64,000 nt of DNA, from the NCBI GenBank assembly GCA_963666975.2, contig CAXVYR010000004.1:1728001-1792000 (forward strand), written 5' to 3'. This DNA comes from Terriglobia bacterium. Its GTDB lineage: Bacteria > Acidobacteriota > Terriglobia > 2-12-FULL-54-10. The position numbers were made by a program, and so were the translations under genes. Every line of letters starts with the position of its first letter. Position 1 is the first letter of the stretch. Positions 1 through 9,724 of this stretch are shown here, piece by piece. The notes below the pieces were generated by a model, which ran no database searches, was not told where the DNA came from, and saw nothing but the letters and a program-made list of their open reading frames with translations.

Positions 1-301
1 CGGTGGTTTCGTTGAAAGTGAATGTGTAAATGATTGGCCGCGCAAAGCTAACAGGAATTATTGACCCAAAAGCGCCTAACCCGGCACCGGGGAAAATGAA
101 TAGGGCGGGAGAGTCGAAATCAAAGATATTGACCACCAAGCCCTGTGAATGACTGTGTAATGATAAGAGTACCGGGAATAAGAGACACACCTGACATGAC
201 TCCGTTGATGGTCACATTCACTGATAGGAGCGTTCCGAGGTCGGGATCAAAGGGCTGTATGCCGAAGGGAACCGCGCCAACAGTCCCGCTGAATGAACTG
301 C

Positions 302-1750
302 GAGGGTGTCCCATACATAGTTGAAGGTTGAACGGCGGTTCGGCCCGAATCGAATAGAATCGGGCCAAGCCTAAATCCTATAGAAGGAGAACCGCCGAAT
401 GAAGGGAAAATATCACGTTTTGGAACTGGGTTCCAAGGGAGCCGAAGAAACCATCCAGAAGTTTTGCCAAACCAACGGACAGATGCTGTTGCCGGTGGTG
501 GATCTGATCACGGAGGCGCGTCTGGCGGTGGATGAGGTGATTGATCGGGCCGGGCGAGGTTTGATTGAAACGATTCTGAGCATGAGCGCAGAGCAAATCG
601 CGGGGCCAAAGAGTCCCGGGAAGGCGAGCGGAGAGGTGCGCTGGCATGGCCGGCAATTGGGGAGGGTGAAACTGGCCGATCGCCAGCTGCGGGTGGAGCG
701 GCCCCGGCTGCGCCGGAAGGGCGGAGGGGAAGAAGCGGTGCCGGCCTACGAAGCACTGCGGAAAAGCGAGAAGACGGGCGAGGAGATGTTCGAGGCACTG
801 TTGAAAGGGGTTTCGACGCGGAACTACCGCGAGGTGATCCCGGAGATGGCCAACAGCGCTGGGGTGTCGAAGTCTCAGGTGAGCCGGGAAGCGGCCGAGC
901 AAGGAGCGCGGCGGCTGGAAGAACTGTTGGCGCGGCGCTGGGAGGAGGTCGAGATTCTGGTGATTTACCTGGACGGAATGCGGTTCGGCTCCCACCACGT
1001 CATCAGCGCCGTGGGCGTGGACATCGAGGGCCGCAAGCATGTGCTGGGGATTCAACTGGGCGCGACCGAAAACGCCGCTGCGGTGAAAGACCTTCTCACC
1101 CGCCTGCGCCAGCAAGGTTTGCGCACGGATCAGCGCTATCTGTTTGTGATCGACGGCGCCAAAGCGCTCCGCGCGGGGATCGAGGAAGTATTCGGCAGCA
1201 ATCAGCTGGTGCAGCGTTGCCGTACTCATAAGCTGCGCAACGTGGCTGAGCGGTTACCAAAGGGCGACAAAATGCTGGCGAATCAGGTGCGGTCGCTGAT
1301 GCGCGCCGCCTGGCGATTGCCCCAAGCCGAGGAAGGCATCGTGCGCATAAAAAAGCTCGCTGGGATGATCGAGTGCGATCATCCGGCAGCAGCCGCCAGC
1401 TTGCGCGAAGGGTTGGAGGAGACCTTTACGATCAATCGAGCCGACGTTCCTCCCAGCCTCCACCGCTGCCTGGCAACCACGAACCTCATCGAGAGCCCGC
1501 AGTCGGGCGTGCGGAAAAAGACTGGCAATGTTTGCCGCTGGCGCGACGGCGAGATGACGTTGCGCTGGGTGGCAGGAGCGTTTCTGCTGACCGAGAAGAA
1601 TTTCCGGAAGATCATGGGTTATCACGATCTCTGGGCTTTGGCATCGATTCTCGGCCGAAGTCCAAACGCTGCTTCCTCTCACAAGGAGAAAGTGGCGTAA
1701 TATGAACTCAACCCGCCGTCCCAACCTGCAACTGAGTTTGGGACACCTTC
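302..1750 (+). mobile_element. IS256-family insertion sequence, complete
   Basis: TIRs GAGGGTGTCCCATACATAGTTGAAGGTTG / GAAGGTGTCCCAAACTCAGTTGCAGGTTG; 8-bp TSD TGAACTGC at 294-301 and 1751-1758. Confidence 0.95.
399..1700 (+). CDS. IS256-family transposase
   Basis: 433 aa; GVSTR, IYLDG, VIDGAKAL, QRCRTHK and TTNLIES motifs. Confidence 0.95.
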   Translation: MKGKYHVLELGSKGAEETIQKFCQTNGQMLLPVVDLITEARLAVDEVIDRAGRGLIETILSMSAEQIAGPKSPGKASGEVRWHGRQLGRVKLADRQLRVERPRLRRKGGGEEAVPAYEALRKSEKTGEEMFEALLKGVSTRNYREVIPEMANSAGVSKSQVSREAAEQGARRLEELLARRWEEVEILVIYLDGMRFGSHHVISAVGVDIEGRKHVLGIQLGATENAAAVKDLLTRLRQQGLRTDQRYLFVIDGAKALRAGIEEVFGSNQLVQRCRTHKLRNVAERLPKGDKMLANQVRSLMRAAWRLPQAEEGIVRIKKLAGMIECDHPAAAASLREGLEETFTINRADVPPSLHRCLATTNLIESPQSGVRKKTGNVCRWRDGEMTLRWVAGAFLLTEKNFRKIMGYHDLWALASILGRSPNAASSHKEKVA

Positions 1751-1903
1751 TGAACTGCTGACGATCTGCGTCAGTATGGGGTCGGCCCGTAGTTCACGCG
1801 CTCCGACCAGGACAAATAGTGCCATCAAAAGAGCCAAGCCACTCCGCTTCAGTTGCATTCTTTACCTCACGAAGCCCACCGCAAGTAGAGTTGCTAATTC
1901 ACA

Positions 1904-1919
1904 TGCAATTCACAGGCCT
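1904..1919 (-). promoter_or_regulatory. Putative sigma54 (-24/-12) promoter of the secreted-protein gene
   Basis: Minus strand AGGCCTGTGAATTGCA = GG-N10-GC, 45 nt upstream of the ATG; AT-rich tract further upstream. Confidence 0.5.
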
Positions 1920-2469
1920 GGTCGATTTAGATAAATGCGTTGAAAAGAAAGATAATTTTCATAAATTCACGCTTTGAACCCAACTATTCTCTCTTTTGAA
2001 TAAATAAATTCCCTTTTGCGCGCTTTTGCATCAAGGACAGAACGAAAGTTCGCAATCTTTTTGACATGTTCACGCTTCCTTAGTGAAAGATGTTTGGGAC
2101 AGCTCCCTGCACTCAAATCCGTAGCAAATGTATGGCCAAAACAACCGCGGTATTAAGACATTGAAAACACAGCAAGTCCTATAGGGAAGCGAAAAGGCAG
2201 GACGGGGATTCGCGGAAAAGTATTTCCGTTTTGTGATAACTTTGAGGAGTGGCCATGCGCTGTCACTTGGCAGGCGGGAATCAAGTTGCGGGGCAAGCGA
2301 AGGGCTGGGGTCATGCGATAGAGATGGAGAAATGTCCCCCTCGGTTGCATCGATAAACCGACCCACCAAAACTTTCCGTATATTGGCATATCCGAATTGG
2401 AATCCCACTGCTGGCGGGCTGTGGCGCATACGAAAGCTCGGCCCCCACGGTGCAGCCAAGCTGGGAGAG

Positions 2470-2538
2470 GCACCGACACAAATCAACGTAGTGCTGAACT
2501 GGTTTGAAGAGCTGAAGCAGCGGGTGCCCGCGCAGTAA
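2470..2538 (+). pseudogene. C-terminal remnant of a Ser/Thr kinase/TolB-like protein
   Basis: APTQINVVLNWFEELKQRVPAQ*, a tail typical of acidobacterial kinases; no upstream body. Confidence 0.65.
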
Positions 2539-2859
2539 TCTGAACCGCGACCGTCACGGAACACACGGGCCACTAATTTGACGCCTTTCTCATAGAAGTG
2601 CCCTTGGCCTTCGTAAGATTGCTGTAAGAAACCGTCGCTTCCACGATCACCCGCGAGTAACGGCGCAGTGTAGAACGAAGTCGCTCACTCAGCGGGTGCC
2701 CGCGCAGTAATCTGAACCGCGACCGTCACGGAACACACGGGCCACTAATTTGACGCCTTTCTCATAGAAGTGCCCTTGGCCTTCGTAAGATTGCTGTAAG
2801 AAACCGTCGCTTCCACGATCACCCGCGAGTAACGGCGCAGTGTAGAACGAAGTCGCTCA
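2518..2859. repeat. Tandem duplication of a 170-bp unit (period 172)
   Basis: 2518-2687 is identical by eye to 2690-2859. Confidence 0.95.
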
Positions 2860-2903
2860 ACTCCAGAATCGTCGCCCATCCGAAAAATATCCCCAAACGG
2901 CGT

Positions 2904-3039
2904 TAGCAGCTTGTTGAAAAAAGGATTTTGAACGACGCTACGAGCACGTAAATCGTTGTAACCCATTGATTCTTCGTTCGACGGCATTCCAGAAAAGTGG
3001 TTTTCGGGCAGGCGAAAATGATTTTTTAACAAGCTGCTA
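2904..3039. mobile_element. MITE with IS5/IS1182-like ends
   Basis: TAGCAGCTTGTTGAAAAAA ... TTTTTTAACAAGCTGCTA inverted ends around a non-coding interior. Confidence 0.75.
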
Positions 3040-3241
3040 GGCGGTCTACCAGAATAAGCGTGCCGAACAGGGCCCCGGCAGGGCCAATGAGGCGGACGTG
3101 CCGCAAAAATGAGGTTGAGGCTGGGCAGTGGAAGGGCGGCCTGACCGGTTCCCCAGCAGAACGGCGCGTACCTGCCTCCCCTTCCCTATTTGCAACGCTT
3201 CCTTTCTACCAACAATATCTCCTTGCCGCCGGCGTTACGGA

Positions 3242-4654
3242 TTACCTGCCGGCGGCTACCCCCGGCTTATAGGGGAACTCCCGGCCGGAAGCGGCGATCA
3301 ACACGTACTCGGTCTCCTGCCCGCTGGTCTGGATGCGGACGCTTTCAATCGGCTCGCCCTCATACATCTTCGGGAACATCCGCGCCAGAGCGCCAGCGGC
3401 ATCGATGGATATCACCGTGAAGGCGCTCATGGAACTGAAGCCCAGCGGAAGAGTGACGTCCGTGATCCGGGCTGTGCAGTTTCCCGCTCCCGGCGCCGGG
3501 CAAGTGATCGTCGCCGTGGAGTTTGCAGCCCCCCCCTGCGCCGGATCGAGCGGCGTCACCACCAGCGTGACGGTTTTTAGGGCAGGAAACGGGTTGGAGA
3601 CCGTGTTGGGACCGGCGATCAGATCCACGGTGACGCTGGAGGCTGGCCCCGACTGGTTGGGCATGGTCACATCAGCGGCATTGAGGACCTGGGTCTGGCC
3701 GACTATGCCTCCCGAGGCGTTGAGGATACCCGTCCGGCCGGGCGTGTCCTGCGACCCAGTGACCGTCACCGTATTGTCAATATCGCTGGTATCGGTGAGT
3801 GTGGCAAATTGGATGAACGCGGTCGGCGCGGAGGGCAATACAATGGGTCCCGGCTCGGAGAAGGCGGTTACATTTGCATTGCCTAGCAAAGTGCCGGTGA
3901 ACGAGAGCGTGAAAGCCTCTGACCTTATTATTCCCTCTTCCGAGGTAGCGCTACAACTGATGCAGCCGTTGTCGGCATTGAGGGTGCCAGTGCCGGCGAT
4001 CGTGCTCGCTACCAAGCGAATTATGCCTCCGGTGCCTCCCGAGCCTCGAGACCCAAAACAGCAACCATTGGCGCCGCCTTTCGCGGTCACAGTGCCATTT
4101 ACCGTGATGGTGCCGTCGGCGGCGATTAGGATGGCCCCGCCGCCCCCGCCGCCGCCGGAGCCGCCCCGCAACAGCGTCACAACGTCATTGCCAGCCGGGA
4201 TGACGGTGCCGCCCACGGTGGTTCCCGTGGTAAAGAACTTCGCTCCTGCTGGGGGATTAGATCCTCCAACGCCGCCCCCGGGGCCGCCCCCAGGACCAGC
4301 GCCAGGCGAGCCCGCCGCAGGCGACAAAATTCCTCCAGTGCCGCCGTCGCCGCCCCGATAGCCTCCCGGACCGCCTGCGCCCCCTGCGCCCCGCACGAAG
4401 GAGGTCGCCATCGCACCGGCCGTCCCGGCCACGCTAAGAGCGGTGATGCCGTCGATGGTCACATTGCCGGTGGACCGAATGATCACCGGGGTGTTGTCAG
4501 GGTTGGGCACAAAGTCCAGAGTGACACCAAAGTTTTGGGCGCCCCCTAGAGCAGACCGCCGCAGGGTGAAGTTGCCGACATCGAGCAGACCATCCGGAAA
4601 CGACGTGGGCAAGGTCTGAGGGGGGTTCGGGAAGACCTGCGATGTGATATCCAC
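3242..4654 (-). pseudogene. Gly/Thr-rich secreted or surface protein, 5'-truncated by the IS at 4655
   Basis: GGSGGGGGGGAILIAA and GGTGGIIRLVA motifs; the frame starts flush with the IS end and has no signal peptide. Confidence 0.75.
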
Positions 4655-4741
4655 TGTGCCCCGTCAGGGCTTGTTGGACAGGTAGAGGGTAATAGTTAAG
4701 GTGATGTTTTTGGCTCATCGTAGAGACTGAAAGGAACGAAG

Positions 4742-5113
4742 ATGAGACAAAAACAAGACGACAGGGGGGCGGTCGAGAAGGCCGTCCGGGAGATCAAACG
4801 CAGGACGCGGCGCAGGTTCAGCCCGGAAGACAAAATCCGCATTGTATTGCAGGGACTTCGCGGCGAGGACAGCATCGCGGAGCTGTGCCGCCGCGAGGGG
4901 CTGCACCAGAACCAGTATTACCGCTGGAGCAAGGAGTTTCTGGAGGCTGGCCGCAAGCGGCTGGCGGGCGACATAGACCGTGAGGCAACCAGTGGCGAAG
5001 TCAAGACTCTGCGGGAGCAGGCCGTACAGCTGAAAGAGGCCCTGGCCGAGGCTATGCTGGAAAATCGCCTGCTAAAAAAAAGCGTGATCGGGGATGGGGA
5101 GGAACATACATGA
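4742..5113 (+). CDS. IS3-family transposase OrfA (HTH)
   Basis: RRFSPEDKIRIVL..IAELCRREG; A-run slippery site near 5074-5082. Confidence 0.9.
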   Translation: MRQKQDDRGAVEKAVREIKRRTRRRFSPEDKIRIVLQGLRGEDSIAELCRREGLHQNQYYRWSKEFLEAGRKRLAGDIDREATSGEVKTLREQAVQLKEALAEAMLENRLLKKSVIGDGEEHT

Positions 5114-6094
5114 GATACCCTGCCTCGGAGAAGCTGGAGATCATCTGCACGGTGGAGCAATCTGCCCTGGGGGTGCGCCGGACGCTGCAGCAGGTTGGCA
5201 TTCCCAGATCGACGTTTTACAACTGGTACGACCGCTATGTGTCGGAAGGCTTTGATGGGCTGGAAGACAAAAAACCCGATCCTGGCCCTGTCTGGAACAA
5301 GGTGCCGGAGGAGATAACTCAGCAGTTGGTGACGTTAGCCCTGGCCGAGCCCGATCTGTCGTCACGCGAGCTGGCGGTGCGTTTTACCGAGGAAAGGCGG
5401 TATTACCTTTCTGAATCGACGGTTTACCGCGTCCTGAAAAGCCATGACCTGATTACCGCGCCAGCCTTTATTGTCCTGAAAGCGGCGGAACGGTTCGCCA
5501 ACCCGACCACGGCGGTCAACCAGCTCTGGCAGACCGACTTCACCTACCTGAAAGTCATCGGTTGGGGCTGGTTCTACCTGTCCACGGTGCTGGACGACTT
5601 CTCGCGCTATATCATCGCCTGGCGGCTGTGCAAAACCATGAGCGCAAGTGACGTCTCGGCCACGTTGCGGGATGCTTTGCAAGCCACCGGCCTCGACCGC
5701 GTGGGCGCCCGGCACAGACCTCGCCTCCTGAGCGACAACGGGCCGTGCTACGTCTCTTCCGAACTGCAATCATGGCTGGCAGAAAACAGCGTGCCGCATA
5801 CTCGCGGCAAGCCCTATCACCCCATGACGCAGGGCAAGATCGAACGCTGGCACCGAACTCTGAAAGACCGCATCCTGCTCAACAACTATTACCTGCCAGA
5901 AGAGCTGGAGCGGCAGATCGATGCCTTCGTCAACCACTACAACACCAACCGATACCATAGAAAGCCTGAACAACCTGACACCGTATGACGTTTTTACAGG
6001 CCAAGGCAGTGCCATCCTGCAAAAACGGGATCGCATCAAAGAGAAAACTATGATCTTAAGAAAACGGTTGCACTTCAAAAGAAGGGCAGCCTAA
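5110..6094 (+). pseudogene. IS3-family transposase OrfB (rve DDE), frameshifted near the C-terminus
   Basis: WQTDFTY, LSDNG and GKIERWHRTLK motifs; an extra A after RYH (~5959), with the natural tail ESLNNLTPYDVF..RRAA* in the next frame. Confidence 0.85.
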
Positions 6095-6167
6095 CATCAA
6101 CCCAGAGGAGCCTGAACGCCACCTTATCTTTTTATGCTCTGTGTCCAACATTATCTGACGACGTACA

Positions 6168-7278
6168 GTCCGGGGGCAGTCGATGTAGTCCAGGAAGGTG
6201 ATGGCCTTGGCAAACCACTCTCTTGAGCGGGTCGCTGAACGATGGCCTTGGCAAACTGCTCGGTTCGGAGCGTTCGGACCACTCTCTTGAGCGGGTCGCT
6301 GAACGAGTACAACTCATTCTCGATGATCTCCCGACGTTTGCCCCAGGCCTCCAGGTGGGTTTGGTTTCGCGTGAAGAGGCCGAACACCTTCAGGACAAGG
6401 TCTCGGATCAGGCGGAGGCGGGCGTAGCGGGCGCTCAGTTCAGCAATGGCCGCCCGCTGGGTCTCACTCAGCTTCTCCTCTCGGCTCAAAAGGACGTAAC
6501 GGAGGCCCCACAGCTTGCGGGAATCCTCTTTAGTGCCCACCTTTCGAGCAAGGACGCCCCGAAGGTCGTTGATGGCGGTCAGGACGTTCTTGGTAATGGC
6601 GCGGGTGTAGTGGAAGATGCAGAGTTGCTGTCTGATCCCCGGCCAAACTTCTTTTGGGACGTTTTGGTAGATAGGTGCACCGTCGGTCACAATGACACTT
6701 GGATGAATCCCCAAGTCTTTAAGGTGTGTCAGGAATTGGCGAAGCTCTTCTTCATTGGCAGTCCGGCACAATCGAACCGAGAGGGTCTTGTCGTTCAGAG
6801 GGTCCGTGGCAACCAGCACTGCGTAATGATCGTAAAGCTCGTCCACCACCAATACGCCGGAGAAGCCTTCCGCCGCCCACCGCTCATAATCTCGCTCCAT
6901 GTCTATCGCATCGGCGGAATCATGGAACCAGCCATACGCTGTCGAGAGTGCGGGGCGGACATGGAAGTCGCGCTCAAGCCGCTTCCGCAAGCCAGCAAAC
7001 GTGGTCTTATCCTCCACCACCGCACTGCGGGCCTTCTCAATGGCCCTTTGGCTGTAGTGTTTCCCCTTTTGGGCCATTGGCGGTTGGAAGCGGAAAAACT
7101 TTTTGCAGGCTTGACAGCGATACACCCCTACCTTAACATTCAATATGGTAGCGCACTCAAGATCAAGGTCTTTGATACGCCTTTCCCGGACCGAGTGCCT
7201 CTTGCACAGCGCCTTACAATTTGGGCACTCGGAACACGGGGGCGCAAACGAATTCGCTGTGGGGTTTCCTTCTGCCAA
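6168..7278 (-). pseudogene. Zinc-finger DDE transposase (ISL3/IS256-like), 3'-truncated and rearranged
   Basis: CPNC, YRCQAC, VVDELYD, IVTDG and QLCIFH motifs; duplicated segments at 6200-6306; cut by the IS at 6167. Confidence 0.75.
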
Positions 7279-7346
7279 GGGGGTTTCTCCGTGTCGATGC
7301 CCTGGAGCCTGTTAGTCGCAGACTCCAGGGGTTACTTGCTAGAAGC

Positions 7347-7455
7347 TGGCGGGCCGGGAGGGGGTCGAACCCTCGACCTTCCGCTTAGCAGGCGGACGCT
7401 CTTGATCCTGGTTTCCCTAGAAGGTCCCGGATCGTTTCCGCTGAGCTACCGGCCC
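7347..7455 (-). tRNA. Atypical tRNA-like gene: anticodon GCT (Ser), short variable loop, ~30-nt hairpin inserted in the D-loop
   Basis: GGGCCGG/CCGGCCC acceptor + G73 + CCA; D stem GCTC/GAGC; anticodon arm TCCGC-CTGCTAA-GCGGA; variable loop AGGTC; T arm GAGGG-TTCGACC-CCCTC. Confidence 0.8.
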
Positions 7456-7532
7456 GTTATCTATCAATCTTTCAATCCATACCTCCTAAACCAAGCGCAC
7501 ATCCGATTAGCGCCTTCAGTCCCTGCTTGTTC

Positions 7533-7557
7533 CTCTGTGCCGTTGAGCTACGGGGCC
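7533..7557 (-). other. tRNA 5'-fragment-like sequence (acceptor strand + D arm only)
   Basis: GGCCCCG TA GCTC AACGGCACA GAG; no anticodon or T arm follows. Confidence 0.45.
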
Positions 7558-7563
7558 ACAAAT

Positions 7564-8091
7564 TCATCTACTGTTCCTCTTTGGCGGTTTAGAAGTCTCA
7601 ATAAAATTTTCTGCGTCTGGCGTCCAAGAAAAATCATCCTCATCCACTTCCTTTACTATTTCCTTGTAGAAGACGTTGAGGCCTTCCCTCCTTATCTCTA
7701 TCTCATCGTTATCTTTCATGCGATTCAAAATCGTATAAATGGAAGACATTGGATTTTCGTAGGGCGACAAGTCCAACCCCCTCTTGGCAAGCTCGTCCCT
7801 AACGTCCTTGGGAGACAGCCATGCCGAGGCGAGCCCCAAAGCTCCGTGTTCCCCCGAAGTCAAAAACACGTGGCGTATCGCATCAGTAAAGCCGAGAGTG
7901 CTCAAATCATCTATGGAAGCGGCCAATCCGCAAAGGGGGAGCATTTTATTGATAACGGCTTTAATGTTTGCAATTTGTTTTTCAATTTCAACTCTCTTGG
8001 CGTCAAGCTCATCGCGCTCATTGTCCAGGCCGCAAAGGCGCACCCTGAGAGTTTCCAACATTTTTGCGGGATTGTACTCTTGATCTGCCAT
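7564..8091 (-). CDS. Hypothetical coiled-coil + winged-HTH-like protein, mobile-element type
   Basis: 175 aa; N-terminal heptads then LSPKDVRDELAKRG..SSIYTILNRM; AT-richer than the host genes. Confidence 0.7.
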   Translation of the reverse strand: MADQEYNPAKMLETLRVRLCGLDNERDELDAKRVEIEKQIANIKAVINKMLPLCGLAASIDDLSTLGFTDAIRHVFLTSGEHGALGLASAWLSPKDVRDELAKRGLDLSPYENPMSSIYTILNRMKDNDEIEIRREGLNVFYKEIVKEVDEDDFSWTPDAENFIETSKPPKRNSR

Positions 8092-8105
8092 GAGGTGAAC
8101 ATAAC

Positions 8106-8303
8106 ATGTCTGTAGACAAAGTCAAGGGGGAAATAAATGCGGACCTAGACACGGATGTGGGTCCATGGGATTCATTGATTGCACAGGCCAAAGAGCAGCG
8201 ACGCCAAGCTAAGGCAAGCATATTAAAATTATCAAAATCCATTGTCTTTTTTGAAAGAAAGAAAAGGGCGGGTGAGCCGTGGCCTGGGTCAACGCACAAT
8301 TAG
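8106..8303 (+). CDS. Small hypothetical protein divergent from 7564-8091
   Basis: 65 aa; GAGGTG RBS upstream. Confidence 0.5.
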   Translation: MSVDKVKGEINADLDTDVGPWDSLIAQAKEQRRQAKASILKLSKSIVFFERKKRAGEPWPGSTHN

Positions 8304-8502
8304 CGGACTACCAGAGAGGACAGAAGTTCTATGCTTGTTTATCATCAACCTTTTCCGAAAAGTCTCCAAAGGAGCGCCTCCTGGGGGCTCTTTCCCCGCC
8401 TGTATACACTCTGTTGAAAGCACTTCCTGGAGTAGTGAACCGCCGGGTTATCCAGGTTATCATGACAAGGGGACGAATACGAAGGCAGATCGGGGGTAAT
8501 GG

Positions 8503-9717
8503 GTGACGAATCAGACACAGGGTTTCGATTCCTCGATGCACAAATGGATGAATCTCAAACCATGGCTCCGCGAGGCAGCCGGACAACTGGGTTTTGACCT
8601 GTGCAGCATCGCTCCGGCTTCACTGCCGGAATTGGACCGGGCCCGGTATCTTTCGTGGCTCGAACGCGGATTCCAGGGCGAGATGAAGTATATGGAGCGA
8701 GAGCAGCGGCGGGACCTGCGGCGGCTGCTGCCCAGCGTCCGGTCCGTCATCTGCGCAGGAATGGTTTACAACACCCCGCATCCGAAATCCGTTGAATGCC
8801 CCGACCCCGCTCGCGGATGGATCTCCCGCTACGGCTGGGGAGAGGATTACCACCTTGTGCTTCGCGAGCGCCTGGAAAAGCTGCTCGAAGGATTGCGCCG
8901 GGAGGCCGGGTCTCCCTTTGAGGCGAAGATTTGCGTGGACACCGCGCCGCTGCTCGAACGCGCCGTTGCGCAGGCAGCAGGGATAGGGTGGATCGGGAAA
9001 AACACCTGTCTGATCCGCGAGAAAGCCGGTTCCTGGTTTTTGCTCGGCGAGATACTAACCAGCTTGGAGCTCGAGCCCGACCAGCCCGCGCCGGACCGCT
9101 GCGGCACCTGTACACGCTGCATTGACGCTTGCCCCACAGCAGCCATCGTGGAACCCTACGTTCTGGATGCCACGCGCTGCATCTCCTACTTTACGATTGA
9201 ACTCAGGGGTTCCATTCCTGAAGCGTTTCGTCCCGCCGTCGGGCGTCATCTTTTCGGCTGCGACATCTGCCAGGATGTGTGCCCGTGGAATAGCAAAGCG
9301 CCCGTGACGACGCTGCCGGAATTTCAGCCGCGACCCATCCCAGCCGCGGACGGGGAATCGCAACCCGAAGGCCAGCCGGTTGTTCCCAGCACCTCTGTTC
9401 CCAGTACCCCTGTTCCCAGCACCTTCAACCCGCCTCTGGAATGGATGGCCTCGCTGAGCGAGGAAGAGTTTCGCCGGACATTTCGCCGCAGCCCCATCCA
9501 GCGCGCACGCTACCGGGGCATGCTCCGGAACGCGGCAGTCGCCATGGGCAATTCCCGTCAGGAGCGGTTCCGTCCGCTACTCGATAAGCTGGCTGAGCAC
9601 CCCGACCCTATGGTCCAGGAGCATGCGCGCTGGGCTCTGGAGCAGTTAGAAGAGAACCCACCCCAGCCCCCGTTGCAACCGAAAAACTTCGGGACTCCGG
9701 CCTCTGGATTGGATTGA
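8503..9717 (+). CDS. queG: Epoxyqueuosine reductase (true start may be slightly downstream)
   Basis: ISRYGWGEDYH, VDTAPLLER, CGTCTRCIDACPT, GCDICQDVCPWN and a HEAT tail; 15-bp x3 repeat insert (VPST) at ~9381-9425. Confidence 0.95.
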   Translation: MTNQTQGFDSSMHKWMNLKPWLREAAGQLGFDLCSIAPASLPELDRARYLSWLERGFQGEMKYMEREQRRDLRRLLPSVRSVICAGMVYNTPHPKSVECPDPARGWISRYGWGEDYHLVLRERLEKLLEGLRREAGSPFEAKICVDTAPLLERAVAQAAGIGWIGKNTCLIREKAGSWFLLGEILTSLELEPDQPAPDRCGTCTRCIDACPTAAIVEPYVLDATRCISYFTIELRGSIPEAFRPAVGRHLFGCDICQDVCPWNSKAPVTTLPEFQPRPIPAADGESQPEGQPVVPSTSVPSTPVPSTFNPPLEWMASLSEEEFRRTFRRSPIQRARYRGMLRNAAVAMGNSRQERFRPLLDKLAEHPDPMVQEHARWALEQLEENPPQPPLQPKNFGTPASGLD

Positions 9718-9724
9718 AACGGAG

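Larger units (their letters stand above)
1..1858 (-). pseudogene. Secreted choice-of-anchor-E / PEP-CTERM-type protein interrupted by IS256 and frameshifted; continues off the left edge
   Basis: ATG at 1858 gives signal peptide MQLKRSGLALLMALFVLVGARELRADPILTQIVSS. After removing the IS the frame continues SFSGTVG..FDPDLGTLLSVNVT. One extra base near 124 shifts the frame to FDFDSPALFIF. Confidence 0.7.
4655..6167 (+). mobile_element. IS3/IS481-like insertion sequence (TGT...ACA ends) with no target duplication
   Basis: TIRs TGTGCCCCGTCAGGGCTTGTTGGACA / TGTACGTCGTCAGATAATGTTGGACA; flanks differ and both neighbours are truncated. Confidence 0.9.

Noticed and set aside
6223-8115. 630-aa plus-strand ORF, and similar long antisense ORFs at 10112, 43206 and 61136
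   Set aside because: Shadow frames of real minus-strand genes; no recognisable motifs.
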